A stretch of DNA of 64,000 nt from Pristiophorus japonicus (lineage: Eukaryota), in the NCBI RefSeq assembly GCF_044704955.1, contig NC_091977.1, positions 200,322,001-200,386,000 on the forward strand. Reading direction: 5' to 3'. The position numbers were made by a program, and so were the translations under genes. Numbering within the stretch: the stretch's first letter is position 1; each line of letters opens with the position of its first letter. Positions 40,285 through 51,739 of the stretch are shown here, one piece after another. The notes under the pieces are model-generated. The model did no database searches. It saw only the letters and a program-made list of their open reading frames with translations, and was not told the origin of the DNA.

Positions 40285-41024
40285 TAACAAGAAGCGACTT
40301 TGATGACATGATCTGATGATGTGTCATCAGCCGGTTTCCTTAAAGGTAATATGGCCAACTTTTTTTTAACAGTTGTTCTGTCAGAGTTCTACAGCATTGA
40401 GATACTGCAAACACTGACAAGCACTGCACAAAGCTGCATGGCGGTACCCAAGCTCTCCCATGACTCCTTCCATATGCACACAGGGAGGTTCTCTTCCCTT
40501 CCCATGGACGGAAGAGACCTCCCAAGGACACCGACACAGAGAGAAAGATAGAGGGATGGGTGGAGGTGCAAGGTCAGTTGGTGTGAGTAAGGATGTGCAG
40601 GGACAGAGTAGAGAATGCAGAGTGATGGGGCACAACAGGATGAGGTTGAGTCTGGCTTTGCAGTAACGTTTCATGATCTACTGAGATCATTGAAAGGTTT
40701 GTGCTGCTGCAGCCAGATACTTCTGATGACGTCACTGCTTGTGCTCTCCTGTGCAATGTGCAACCAGGCTGTGTCGGTGTCCTTGGGAGGTCTCTTCCGT
40801 CCATGGGAAGAGAAGAGAACCTCCCTGTGTGCATATGGAAGGAGTCATGGGAGAGCTTGGGTACCGCCATGCAGCTTTGTGCAGTGCTTGTCAGTGTTTG
40901 CAGTATCTCAATGCTGTAGAACTCTGACAGAACAACTGTTTAAAAAAAAGTTGGCCATATTACCTTTAAGGAAACCGGCTGATGACACATCATCAGATCA
41001 TGTCATCAAAGTCGCTTCTTGTTA
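40285..41024. repeat. Inverted repeat: arms 40285..40539 and 40769..41024, 229-bp spacer
   Basis: Arms are reverse complements with only one substitution and one 1-nt indel seen. Mirror-image ORFs appear in the ORF track. Confidence 0.95.
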
Positions 41025-41214
41025 ATTGGCCGGGAACCTCGCAGGGTGGGCTTAACAAGCCCAATCAACGGAAAATGTTGTTGCGAGCGCAGAATGGAGC
41101 TGGCAGTGCATTCCCCACACACCACCAATGCGTGGCCTGGGAATATTAATTAAAAGCGGTGATTCTGTTCTTTACTGCTACTACTTTATGTATAAAAATA
41201 CCTCCAATTAAAAT

Positions 41215-43090
41215 GTCGCAATATTAATGGATAACTTTACAGAAGATCAGCGGGAGATATTCAAAAAATAATTTAATGTGATGCAGGACCAGTTTATACC
41301 CCCGAGGGACAAGAGCTCTACTTGCCAACAAAAAAACTGCCATGGACAACTAAATAGGTAAGGAACAGCATAAAATTAAAAGAAAAAACATACAAAAATG
41401 CCAAAAATAGCACAGATCCTGGCAAATGGGAAAGATACAAAGAACAGCAAAGGTTCACAAAACAGATAGTAAGAGCTGCAAAAAGGGAGTATGAAAAGTA
41501 ACTTGGAAGGGATGTCAAAATCAATACAAATTTTAAAAATAATTATATTAGGAAAAAAAGGTAGCCAAGAGCAATATTGGCCCTTAAAAGCTGAAAGCGG
41601 TGATACGGAAATAGCGGACATTTTGAATAATTACTTTGCATCAGTATTTACAATAGAGCACATATGCTGGCAATCCCAAGGAAATTATTACTGAATCAGG
41701 GACAGGGACTCAATAAAATGAATGTAAGTAAAATAACAGTAATAAAGAAAATAATGACACTAAAGAGTGATACTATTTATATGACAATAATAACACAAAA
41801 GAGTTTCCATCTCAAGGTTTTAAAGGAAGTAGGTAAGCACATTGTAGATGCCCTAACTATAATCTTTCAAAGGTCTCTTGATTCAGGAACCATTGCTTTA
41901 GATAGGAAAATTGTGCATGTCACTCCGTTATTTAAAAATGGTGAGGGAGAAACCAGGAAATTATAGACCAGTTAGCCCAACATCTGTTGTTGGGAGATTG
42001 CTAGAGGATGACTGAACACCTCGAAAATGTTCAGTTGATCAGAGAGAGCCAGCATGGATTTGTGAAGGTAGGTCATGCCTGACAAACCTCATTGCATTTT
42101 TTGAGGAGGTGACTAAAGTAGTGGACAGGGGAATGTATATGTATGATATTTGTATAGACTTCCAGAAGACATTAGATAAAGTCCCACATAAGAGACTGTT
42201 GACTAAGGTAGAAGCCCACGGAACTGAGGGCAAATTATAGACCTGGTTCGGAAATTGGCTGAGCAGCAGGAGACAGGTAATAGGGATAATGGGTAGGAAC
42301 TGAAATTGGCAGGGTGTGACTAGTGGTGTCCCGCAGAGATTTGTGTTGAGGCCTCAATTATTCACATTATTTATTAATGACTTAGCTGATGGCATAGAAA
42401 GTCATATATCCAAATTTGCCGATGAAACAAACATAGGTGTAGGCAGTGTAGATGGAAGCATAAAATTGCAAAGTGATATCGACAGATTAACTGAATGGGC
42501 AAAACTGTGGTAAATGGATTTGACTGTAGGCAAATGTGAGGTCATCCACTTTGGACCTAAAAAGGATAGAACAGGATACTTTCTAAACGGTGAAAAATTT
42601 AAAATAGTGGAGGCCCTGGAGGTCCAAAGAGACTTAGGGGTCCAGATACATAGATCATTAAAATGTCATGAACAGGTATAGAAAATAATTTAAAAGATTA
42701 ATGGGATGTTGGCCTTTATATTTAGAGGACTAGAATACAAAGGCGTAGAAGTTATGCTGCAGCTATACAGATCCCTGGTTAGACCACACCTGGAGTACTG
42801 TGAGCAGTTCTGAACACCACAACTTAGGAAGGATATATTGGCCTTGGAGGGAGTGCACCGTAAGTTTACCAGAATGATATGCGGACTTCAAGGGTTAAGT
42901 TATGAGGAGAGATTACACAAATTAGGGTTGTATTCCCTAAAATTTAGAAGGTTAATGGGTGATCTGGTCGAAGTTTTCAAGATATTAAGGGGAACAGATA
43001 GGATAGATAGAGAGAAACTATTTTCACTGGTTGGGGATTCTAGGACTAGGGGGCACAGTCTAAAAATTTGAAACATTTCTACACACAAAG
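41215..43090 (+). mobile_element. Decayed CR1 LINE (RT region)
   Basis: NYRPVS, QHGF, GVPQRFVLRPQLF, KFADET, LVRPHLEYC, TRGHSLKI with many stops. Probable 3' tail at ~47455..47535. Confidence 0.88.
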
Positions 43091-43600
43091 GGGCTGAAAT
43101 TGGTGGACATACTGCCCGCGTACCATCGACATACCGCCCAAAATTTCAAAATTTATCTAAAAACACCTACACACCGACATAATTCATCAGCAACATACCG
43201 CCGAGCGGTATGCATACCGTCTGCCCATGCAGACCACCGACATACCGCCCAAAATTACAAAATTCATGACTTACCACTGACATACCACCGGAGCTGCAGA
43301 CCGTCCTGGAAAAGGTGATTTTAAGTCAATCTTCAGTGGGCGGTATGTAGACAAAGCTGACAGGTCATCTTGAAATTTAATAAAAATTTACCTGTCACCC
43401 CCCAGTCTCTCCCACACACCAGTCTCTCCCACACACCAGTTCCCCCGCAGCGATCCCCCCTGCAGCGATCTCCCCCCCTCCGCCCCGGCACCGATCACCC
43501 CCCCCCGCACCGATCTACCCCGCCCCGCACTGATCCCTCCCCGCCCGCACCGATCGCCCCCCTGCCCCCCACACACAGCGATCTCAAGCCGCCCCACAAT
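43090..43600. mobile_element. GC-rich MITE fragment with C-rich CGATC-containing repeats
   Basis: Starts GGGGCTGAAATTGGTGG; repeated ACATACCGCCC and CCCCGCACCGATC units. Confidence 0.6.
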
Positions 43601-43821
43601 GTCATGAGTAGGGGAGAGAGTAGAGAATAATTGATGCACTGTACCTCTGACCTTTCAGAGCATTGTCTGGTAAATGGGAGATATACAAATAATGGACACA
43701 CAATTAAAAGTATCAACTATGGACGTTACGTTATACAGCGGGATCAGACACCAACATGCTGACCTCCACTCATTGAAAGCACATTCACTGTTAAAATAAG
43801 TAATAATTTGGAGAAGTACAT

Positions 43822-45160
43822 TAGAAACATAGAAACATAGAAAATAGGTGCAGGAGCAGACCATTCGGCCTTTTGAGCCTGCACTACCATTCAATATGAT
43901 CATGGCTGATCATGCAACTTCAGTATCCCACTCCCGCCTTCCCTCCATATCCCCTGATCCCCTTAGCTGTAAGGGCCACATCTAACTCCATCTTGAATAT
44001 ATCCAATGAACTGGACTCAACAACTTTCTGTGGTAGAGAATTCCACAGGTTCACCACTCTCTAGGTGAAAAAGTTTCTCCTCATCTCAATTCTATATGGC
44101 TTACCCCTTATCCTTAGACTGTGACCCCTGGTTCTGGACTTCCCCAACATTGGGAACATTCTTCCTGCATCTAACCTGTCCAGTCCTGTCATAATTTTAT
44201 AAGTTTCTATGAGATCACCTCTCATTCTTCTAAATTCCAGTGAGTATAAGCCTAGTCGATCCAGTCTTTCTTCATATGCCAGTCCTGCCATCCCGGGAAT
44301 TAGTCTGGTGAACCTTCGCTGCACTCCCTCAATAGCAAGCATGTCCTTCCTCAGATTAGGAGACCAAAACTGCACACAATAATCAAGGTGTGATCTCACC
44401 AAGGCTCTGTACAACTGCAGTAAGACCTCCCTGCTCCTATACTCAAATCCCATAGCTATGAAGGCCAGCATGCCATTTGCTTTCTTTACTGCCTGCTGTA
44501 CCTGCATGCCTACCTTCAGTGACTGATGTACCATGACACCCAGGTCTCGTTGCACCTCCCCTTTTACTAATCTGTCACCATTCAGATAATAATCTGCCTT
44601 CCTGTTTTTGCCACCAAAGTGGATAACCTCGCATTTATCCACATTATACTGCATCTGCCATGCATTTGCCCACTCACCTAACCTGTCCAAGTCACACTGC
44701 AGCCTCTTGATATCCTCCTCACAGCTCATACTGCCACCCAGCTTAGTGGCACCTGCAAATTTGGAGATATTACACTCAATTCCTTCGTCCAAATCATTGA
44801 TGTATATTGTAAATAGCTGGGGTCCCAGCATTGAGCCCTGCGGCACCCCACTGGTCACTGCCTGCCATTCTGAACTGGACCCGTTTATTCCCACTTTCTG
44901 TTTACCAACCAGTCCTCTATCCACGTCAATACATGAATCCCAATAACACGTGCCTGAATTTTGCACACTAATCTCTTGCGTGGGACCTTGTCAAAAGCCT
45001 TTTGAAAGTCCAAATACGCTACACTCACTAGTTCTCCCTTATCCACTCTACTAGTTACATCCTCAAAAAACTCTAGATTTGTTAAGCATGATTTCCCTTT
45101 CTGCAATCCATGCTGACTTCAACCGATCTTGTCACTGCTTTCCAAATGCACTGCTATTAC
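43822..45160 (-). mobile_element. CR1 LINE, 5'-truncated
   Basis: 301-aa RT/C-terminal ORF; (TAGAAACA)n tail at 43822. Confidence 0.93.
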
Positions 45161-47455
45161 ATAGACATAGACATAGACATAGAAATAGATGCAGGAGTAG
45201 GCCATTCAGCCCTTCGAGCCTGTACCACCATTCAATAAGATCATGGCTGATCATTCACCTCAGTACCCCTTTCCTGCTTTCTGTCCATACCCCTTGATCC
45301 CTTTAGCCATAAGGGCCACATCTAACTCCCTTTTGAATATATCCAATGGACTGGCATCAACAATTCTCTGCGGTAGAGAATTCCACAGGTTAACAACTTT
45401 CTGAGTGAAGAAGTTTCTCCTCATCTCAATCCTAAATGGCTTACCCCTTATCCTTAGACTGTGTCCCCTGGTTCTGGACTTCCCCAACATCGGGAACATT
45501 CTTCCTGTATCTAACCTGTCCAGTCCCATCAGAATTTTATATGTTTCTATGAGATCCCCTCTCATCCTTCTAAACTCCAGTGAATACAGGCCCACTCGAT
45601 CCAGTCTCTCCTCATATGTCAGTCCTGTCATCACAGGAATCAGTCTGGTGAACCTTCACTGCACTCCCTCAATAGCAAGAACGTCCTACCTCAGATTAGG
45701 AGACCAAAACTGAACACCATATTCCAGATGAGGCCTCACTAAGGCGCTGTACAACTGCAGTAAGACCTCCCTGCTCCTATACTCAAATCCCCTAGCTATG
45801 AAGGCCAACATACTATTTGCCTTCTTCACTGCCTGCTGTACCTGCTTGCCAACTTTCAATGACTGATGTACCATGACAACCAGGTCTCATTGCACCTCCC
45901 CTTTTCCTAATCTGCCGCCATTCAGATAATATTCTGCCTTCGTGTTTTTGCCTCCAAAGTGGATAACCTCACATTTATCCATATTATACTGCATCTGCCA
46001 TGCATTTGCCCATTCACCTAACCTGTCCAAGTCACCCTGCAGCTTCTTAGCATCCTCCTCACAACTCACACCGCTACCCAGCTTAGTGTCATCTGCAAAT
46101 TTGGAGATATTACACTAAATTCCTTCATCTAAATCATTGATGTATATTGTAAATAGTTGGGGTGTCAGCACTGAGCCCTGTGGCACCCCATTAGTCACTG
46201 TCTGCCATTCTGAAAAGGACGCATTTATCCCGACTCTCTGCTTCCTATCTGCCAACCAGTTCTCTATCCATGTCAGTGCATTACCCCCAATACCATGTGC
46301 TTTAATTTTGCACACCAATCTCTTGTGTGGGACCTTGTCAAAAGCCTTTTGAAAGTCCAAATACACCACATCCACAGGTTCTCCCTTGTCCACTCTACTA
46401 GTTACATCCTCAGAAAATTCCAGAAGATCTGTCAAGCATGATTTCCTTTTCATATATCCATGCTGACTTGGACCCATCCTGTCACTGCTTTCCAAATGCG
46501 TTGCTATTTCATCTTTAGTAATTGATTCCAACATTTTCTCCACTACTGATGTCAGGCTAACTGGTCTATAATTACCCATTTTCTCTCTCTCCTTTTTTAA
46601 AAAGTGGTGTTACATTAGCTCCCCTCCAGTCCATAGGAACTGATCCAGAGTCGATAGACTGTTGGAAAATGATCACCAATGCATCCACTATTTCTAGGGC
46701 CACTTCCTTAAGTACTCTGGGATGCAGACTATCAGGCCCTGGGGATTTATCGGCCTTCAATCCCATCAATTTCCCTAACACAATTTCCCGCCTAATAAGG
46801 ATTTCCTTCATTTCCTCCTTCTCACTAGACCCTCGGTCCCCTAGTATTTCCGGAAGGTTATTTGTGTCTTCCTTCATGAATACAGAAGCAAAGTATTTGT
46901 TCAACTGGTCTGCCATTTCTTTATTCCCCATTATAAATTTACCTGAATCTGACTGCAAGGGACCTACGTTTGTCTTCACTAATCTTTTTCTCTTCACATA
47001 TCTATCGAAGCTTGTACAGTCAGTTTTTATGTTCCCTGCAAGCTTCCTCTCATACTCTATTTTCCCCCTCCTAATTAAACCCTTTGTCCTCCTCTGCTGA
47101 ATTGTAAATTTCTCCCAGTCCTCAGGTTTGCTGCTATTTCTGGCCAATTTATATGTCTCTTCCTTGGATTTAACACTATCCTTAATTTCCCTTGTTAGCC
47201 ACGGTTGAGCCACCTTCCTCATTTTATTTGTACTCCAGGCAGGGATGTATAATTGTTGAAGTTCATCCATGTGATTGTTAATTGTTTGCCATTGCCTATC
47301 CACCGTCAACCCTGCCATATTAGTTTAACGCCTCCTCAACAGCACTAGCAAACACTCCACCTCGGACATAGGTTCTGGTCCTGCCCAGGTGCAGACCGTC
47401 CGGTTTGTACTGGTCCCACCTGCCCAGAACCGGTTCCAATGCCCTAGGAATTTGA
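45160..47455 (-). mobile_element. CR1 LINE with internal deletion of the endonuclease domain
   Basis: Tail at 45160; RT region 45260..47318. At ~47315 the sequence jumps directly to the ORF1 3' end (KFLGHWNRFW...DGLHLG-like). Confidence 0.9.
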
Positions 47456-48537
47456 TATTAAGGGATATGGGCCAAAGGTGGGTATATGGAGTTTGCTGCA
47501 GATCATTACATGCTGGAGCAGGCTCAAGGAGCTCAATGGCCTGCTCCTGTTCCTGTGTTCCCATGTTCCTATGATTTTGAAGGCTAAGATTACCATTTCA
47601 TTCCTTGCAAAAATACAGGTCACTGGCAATGGTAAACTGGTATTTTCTTCTAACATTCATTTATTTAAGTTTAATTTTATTGGAGAAACACCAAACTTCC
47701 ATCACGAAATGCTGCTGCAGATTCAGGTGTTATGATAGAATCTTACAGCATCAAAGGAGGTCATTTGGCCCATTGTGCCTATACCGATTCTTTGAAAGAG
47801 CTATACAATTAGCCCCACTCATCTGTTCTTTCCCTATAGCCTTGAAAGTTTTTCCTTTTGAAGTATTTATCCAATTCCCTTTTGAAAGTTACTATCGAAT
47901 CTGCTTCCACTACCCTCTTCAGGAAGTGCTTTCCAGATCATAACAACTCACTGCGTAAAAATAATTTTCCTCATTTCCCCTCTAGTTCTTTTGCCAAGAT
48001 ATTTTATTGATTTGCACAAAGCTCTTCAGCAGCCTGGTCTGAGTCACATCACTCGTTATAATAGAAGAGCCATACGTATTAGAAATGTATATTTAATGCA
48101 GGGCATTATGCATCACAGAGCATTTTGATATGAAATGAGCTCGGCATCAAATATTAACTATTTCTTTCAATATTATAATATTCAGTCGGATCAAACTTGC
48201 GCACATTTGAAGGAGAAACGTGGCTTTTTTCCCCTCCATTGTTATACTTTTAATTTTAAACGCTGGTCACAAATTGTAACTGAGGCACCAGTGCAAATAG
48301 CATAGTGTGACAAGAACATTGTTTCTGGACTGAGACATATAGGAACAAAACAAATAGATATAGCAGGGCACGGCATAGACTTCCAGTTATTAGCATCAAT
48401 GGATGGGCAAAAAAGCAATGGTGGCGGTGTGTTTATTGAAAGAGAAAAAATAAAGTGATATTTTGTACCTAGACACTCTTAAGTTGGGATCAATTGCTAC
48501 ATTTTTAATTTTAGGCTCTGATGTGGTTTTATGTGGA

Positions 48538-49971
48538 GTCCTGGAATTTGCAGTCAGTTGTGAGAAATTTGTGTTTTTACAGCGTTCATTTGATTTCAGC
48601 ACTCTGTAATGGTAATTCCTAGATGCTGCCATAACACCAACAAGCTGTCTAAACAGCCAATCACATTGCAGGATTCTCACAGGCAGGAAACCAGGAAATG
48701 CGAAGTTGTGAGGAGAACACAAAGCGTCTGTAAAGGGCTATAGATAGACTAAGTGAGTGGGCAGTAAGGTGGCAGATGGAGTATAATGTAGGGAAATGTG
48801 AGGTTATTCACTTTGGTAGGAAGAACAGAAAAACAGAATATTTTTTAAATGGTGAAACACTTTTAAATACTGGTGTTCAGAGAGATTTGTGTGTCCTTGT
48901 GCAAGAAACACAGAAAGCTAGCATGCAAGTACAGCAAGCAATAAGGAAGGCAAATTGTATGTTGTCCTTTATTGCAAGGGGGTTGGAGTATAAGAGTAAG
49001 GAAGTCTTGCTACAATTGTACAGGGCCTTGGTGCGACCACACCTGGAGTTTTGGTCTCCTTTTCTAAGGATGGATATATTTGCCTTGGAGGCGGTGCAAT
49101 GGAGGTTCACTCGATTGATTCCTGGGATGAGAGGGCTGTCTTATAAGGAGAAATTATGTAGAATGGGCCTATACTCCCTGGAGTTTCGAAGAATGAAAGG
49201 TGATCTCATTGAAACATACAAGATTCCGAAGGGGATTGACAGGGTAGATGCTGAGAGATTGTTTCCCCTGGATGGAGTGTCTAGAACTAGGGGGCGCAGT
49301 CTCAGGTAAAGGGAAAGGCCATTTAAGACCGAGATGAGGAGGAATTTCTTCATTCAGAGGGTTGTGAATCTTTGGAATGCTCTGCCCCAGAGGGCTGTGG
49401 ATGCAGAGTCTTTGAATATATTAAAGGCTGAGATAGATAGATTTTTGGGGTCTAGGGGAATCAAGGGATATGGAGATCGGGAAAGTGGAGTGGAAGTTGA
49501 TGATCAGCCATGATCTTATTGAATGACAGAGCAGGCTCTTATTTCATATGTTCTTATGAAGCTGCTTTTATCCGGACTATTTAAAAATATTACAGAGAGT
49601 GAAATAAAGGTTGGGACTCTCACTGTGGGATAAGGTAGAACCTGAAGTATCATGAACAAACTTGAAATTAAATTTTTTTTGAAAATAGTAATTTTTATCA
49701 TTATGGAGAAATTTGACACTCCCCAAATATAAAAATTAGTTGTTCAGGGCCATAACATTTGTTTAGCAGTCAACATGTTTTTAAAACTCCAGGTATAGCT
49801 AATCCAACAGGCTTAACATTTAATGGGAGTATATTATCGCAGAAAAGCCCAAGTTTTCGGCAGTTTCAATGATTTTCCTGATTGCCGGCAAGTTGGGGGA
49901 ACCACAATGCAGCCAGTGTCGGAGCAGTGAATAACTGACTGCAACCATAACCCACCCCAAATTCCGGGCCA
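48538..49971. mobile_element. MITE of the 10371..11182 family, split by a CR1 insertion
   Basis: GTCCTGGAATTTGCAGTCAG start; shared GCCAATCACA.TGCAG.ATTCTCACAG; resumes at ~49565 and ends AAATTCCGGGCC. Confidence 0.65.
48710..49560 (+). mobile_element. CR1 LINE 3' fragment
   Basis: MEYNVGKCEVIHFGRKN...LVRPHLE...TRGRSLR; CR1 3' UTR. Confidence 0.92.
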
Positions 49972-50925
49972 TCAACCCTCAGGAGACTGAAGAGTAATTT
50001 TGCTTTCTGAAAAGTAAATGTTTCCAATTGGACTTCTTTAAAGACGACCTGTTTTTCTCTCTCTATCTATATGATTATCAAGTTAAAATATTTAAATGTT
50101 TTAAAATATAAGTATATTAGGGTAAATTTTACAAATTCATACTCCTGGTGCAGAACTTCAGCCACTGGGACCCTATATTCGGAATTTGAGCATAGACATC
50201 AGCGGGCTCTGCCGCATTTTCCATTATTCTCATAAGGAGAGGCTCCTGATAAAATTACCCACATAGTCTTACCACACTAGTATATTGCCTTCTAGTCAGG
50301 TACCTGTCAAATGAATTGTATTATTTTAAATGGTCACTGAGATCCTCAGAGCGAGTACATGACACTATAATTTGTCTTAAATAGTATTATTTACTACATT
50401 TTATATTAACAAGTACATACACGGATTTTAATGAAATGTATACATTACAACCAGGTTCTGTTTGTTGGATAAAGTGTCAAACCCAGATTTAACAAAATCA
50501 GAATCTAATACATAGAATTACATAGAATTTACAGCAGACATAGGCCATTTGGCCCAACTGGTCTGTGCTGGTGTTTATGCTCCACACAAGCCTCCCCCCA
50601 CCCCTACAACATCGAACCCTATCTGCATATTCTTCTAATACAAGAACATCTAAGCTTTTCTTTGTGGGTCACACAACTGCATACCGTAAAATATTGGGTG
50701 CCACATGTTGGCCTGGAATTCCTCAAGCGGTTCTCCTGATTTCGCGCCATAACCTTGGCAGGAGATTGGTGGAATCCGCAGAGAAAGAGCACAAATGGCA
50801 GAATTTATAAGCCATACAACTTTAATCAATATTCCGTTAACCTGCAAATATCTCAAGCTGTGGATGCAAATAACTCTTATATTCTGAAATGTATTCACTA
50901 ATTAGGTAATGACACTAAAAACAAC

Positions 50926-51602
50926 TGTTAGCGTTAGTGTTTTCTTAGAAGAATCACTCAACACTCAGGGTCGGTTCCAATGCTGAAGCAGCTTTTATTA
51001 CGCTCAGCGGGAAGGAAAAACTCAGGACCGTATCCAGGTTTCTCTTCACAGAACAAAGAGTTACATGTACCTTTATATGTTTCACAACAGTTACAAAACA
51101 GTTTACTACAGTTACACAGCCCATCACGGCTGGACACAAGCCAATCACAACGATTATAGATTACATATAGGTTCTTTAACCCAATAGAATTCTCCTACTA
51201 TCCAGGGAACCATATGTTCGGTTATTGTCAGCTTGGGCTGATCGATGGCTTTATAGGTTCTCTCCCTAGTTCTTTCATCTGGGAGAAATAATTGGTATAT
51301 AGCCTTGTTTACAGCAAATGGTTTCCCTCTTATCTTTCTTCCTGAAATAATTGGTTTCATGGCCTTGTTCACAGGAGATGGTTTCCTTCTTATCTCTGTC
51401 TTCCCAGGCATTCCTACAGTGGGCCTCACAGGGTTATTGCTCGGTCAGTGAACGTTCAACAGTTCACAGTTTGACTACCTGATTTCCCATAATGCCTGGG
51501 CAGCCATTTTATGTGTGTGTCCATTTAAGCTTATGTGAGTTCTAAATATCCAGCAGGTGCCTAATGCCTAAGTCTATATATATCTTTCGACTCTCTACAA
51601 CA
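50926..51602 (-). repeat. 3' LTR
   Basis: No difference seen from 56418..57094; AATAAA (minus) at 50994..50999; preceded by the PPT. Confidence 0.96.
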
Positions 51603-51603
51603 A

Positions 51604-51614
51604 TTCCCCCTTTC
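51604..51614 (-). other. Polypurine tract GAAAGGGGGAA
   Basis: Lies 1 nt upstream of the 3' LTR TG on the minus strand. Confidence 0.88.
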
Positions 51615-51739
51615 GGTAAAGGGACTAGTCCTAGTCCCCTTTTAACCGAAATACTGCCTTTATCTGATATTTGTGCACGGCCCAGTATTCCTTGCCTCAA
51701 CGTGCTGGCCAGTCACGCGGTTTCAGGAGTTCCGGTTGC

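Larger units (their letters stand above)
34930..41140. mobile_element. Internally deleted Harbinger-derived element (Myb/SANT remnant on -), split by CR1 and MITE insertions
   Basis: Collinear in inverted orientation with 60815..62575. - strand ~40670-40830 reads REVLFSSHGRKRPPKDTDTAWLHIAQESTSSDVIRSIWLQQHKPFNDLSR (Myb/SANT-like). Ends approximate. Confidence 0.7.

Noticed and set aside
43390-43600. C-rich tract as a functional G-quadruplex or proline-rich exon
   Set aside because: Low-complexity interior of a MITE fragment; no splice or homology support.
48030-48330. Non-repetitive stretch that might be a conserved non-coding element
   Set aside because: Conservation cannot be judged without alignments.
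50954-51429. 64-aa and 91-aa ORFs duplicated at 56446..56921
   Set aside because: They lie within the LTRs, start at non-ATG codons and have no recognisable motifs. The duplication just reflects LTR identity.
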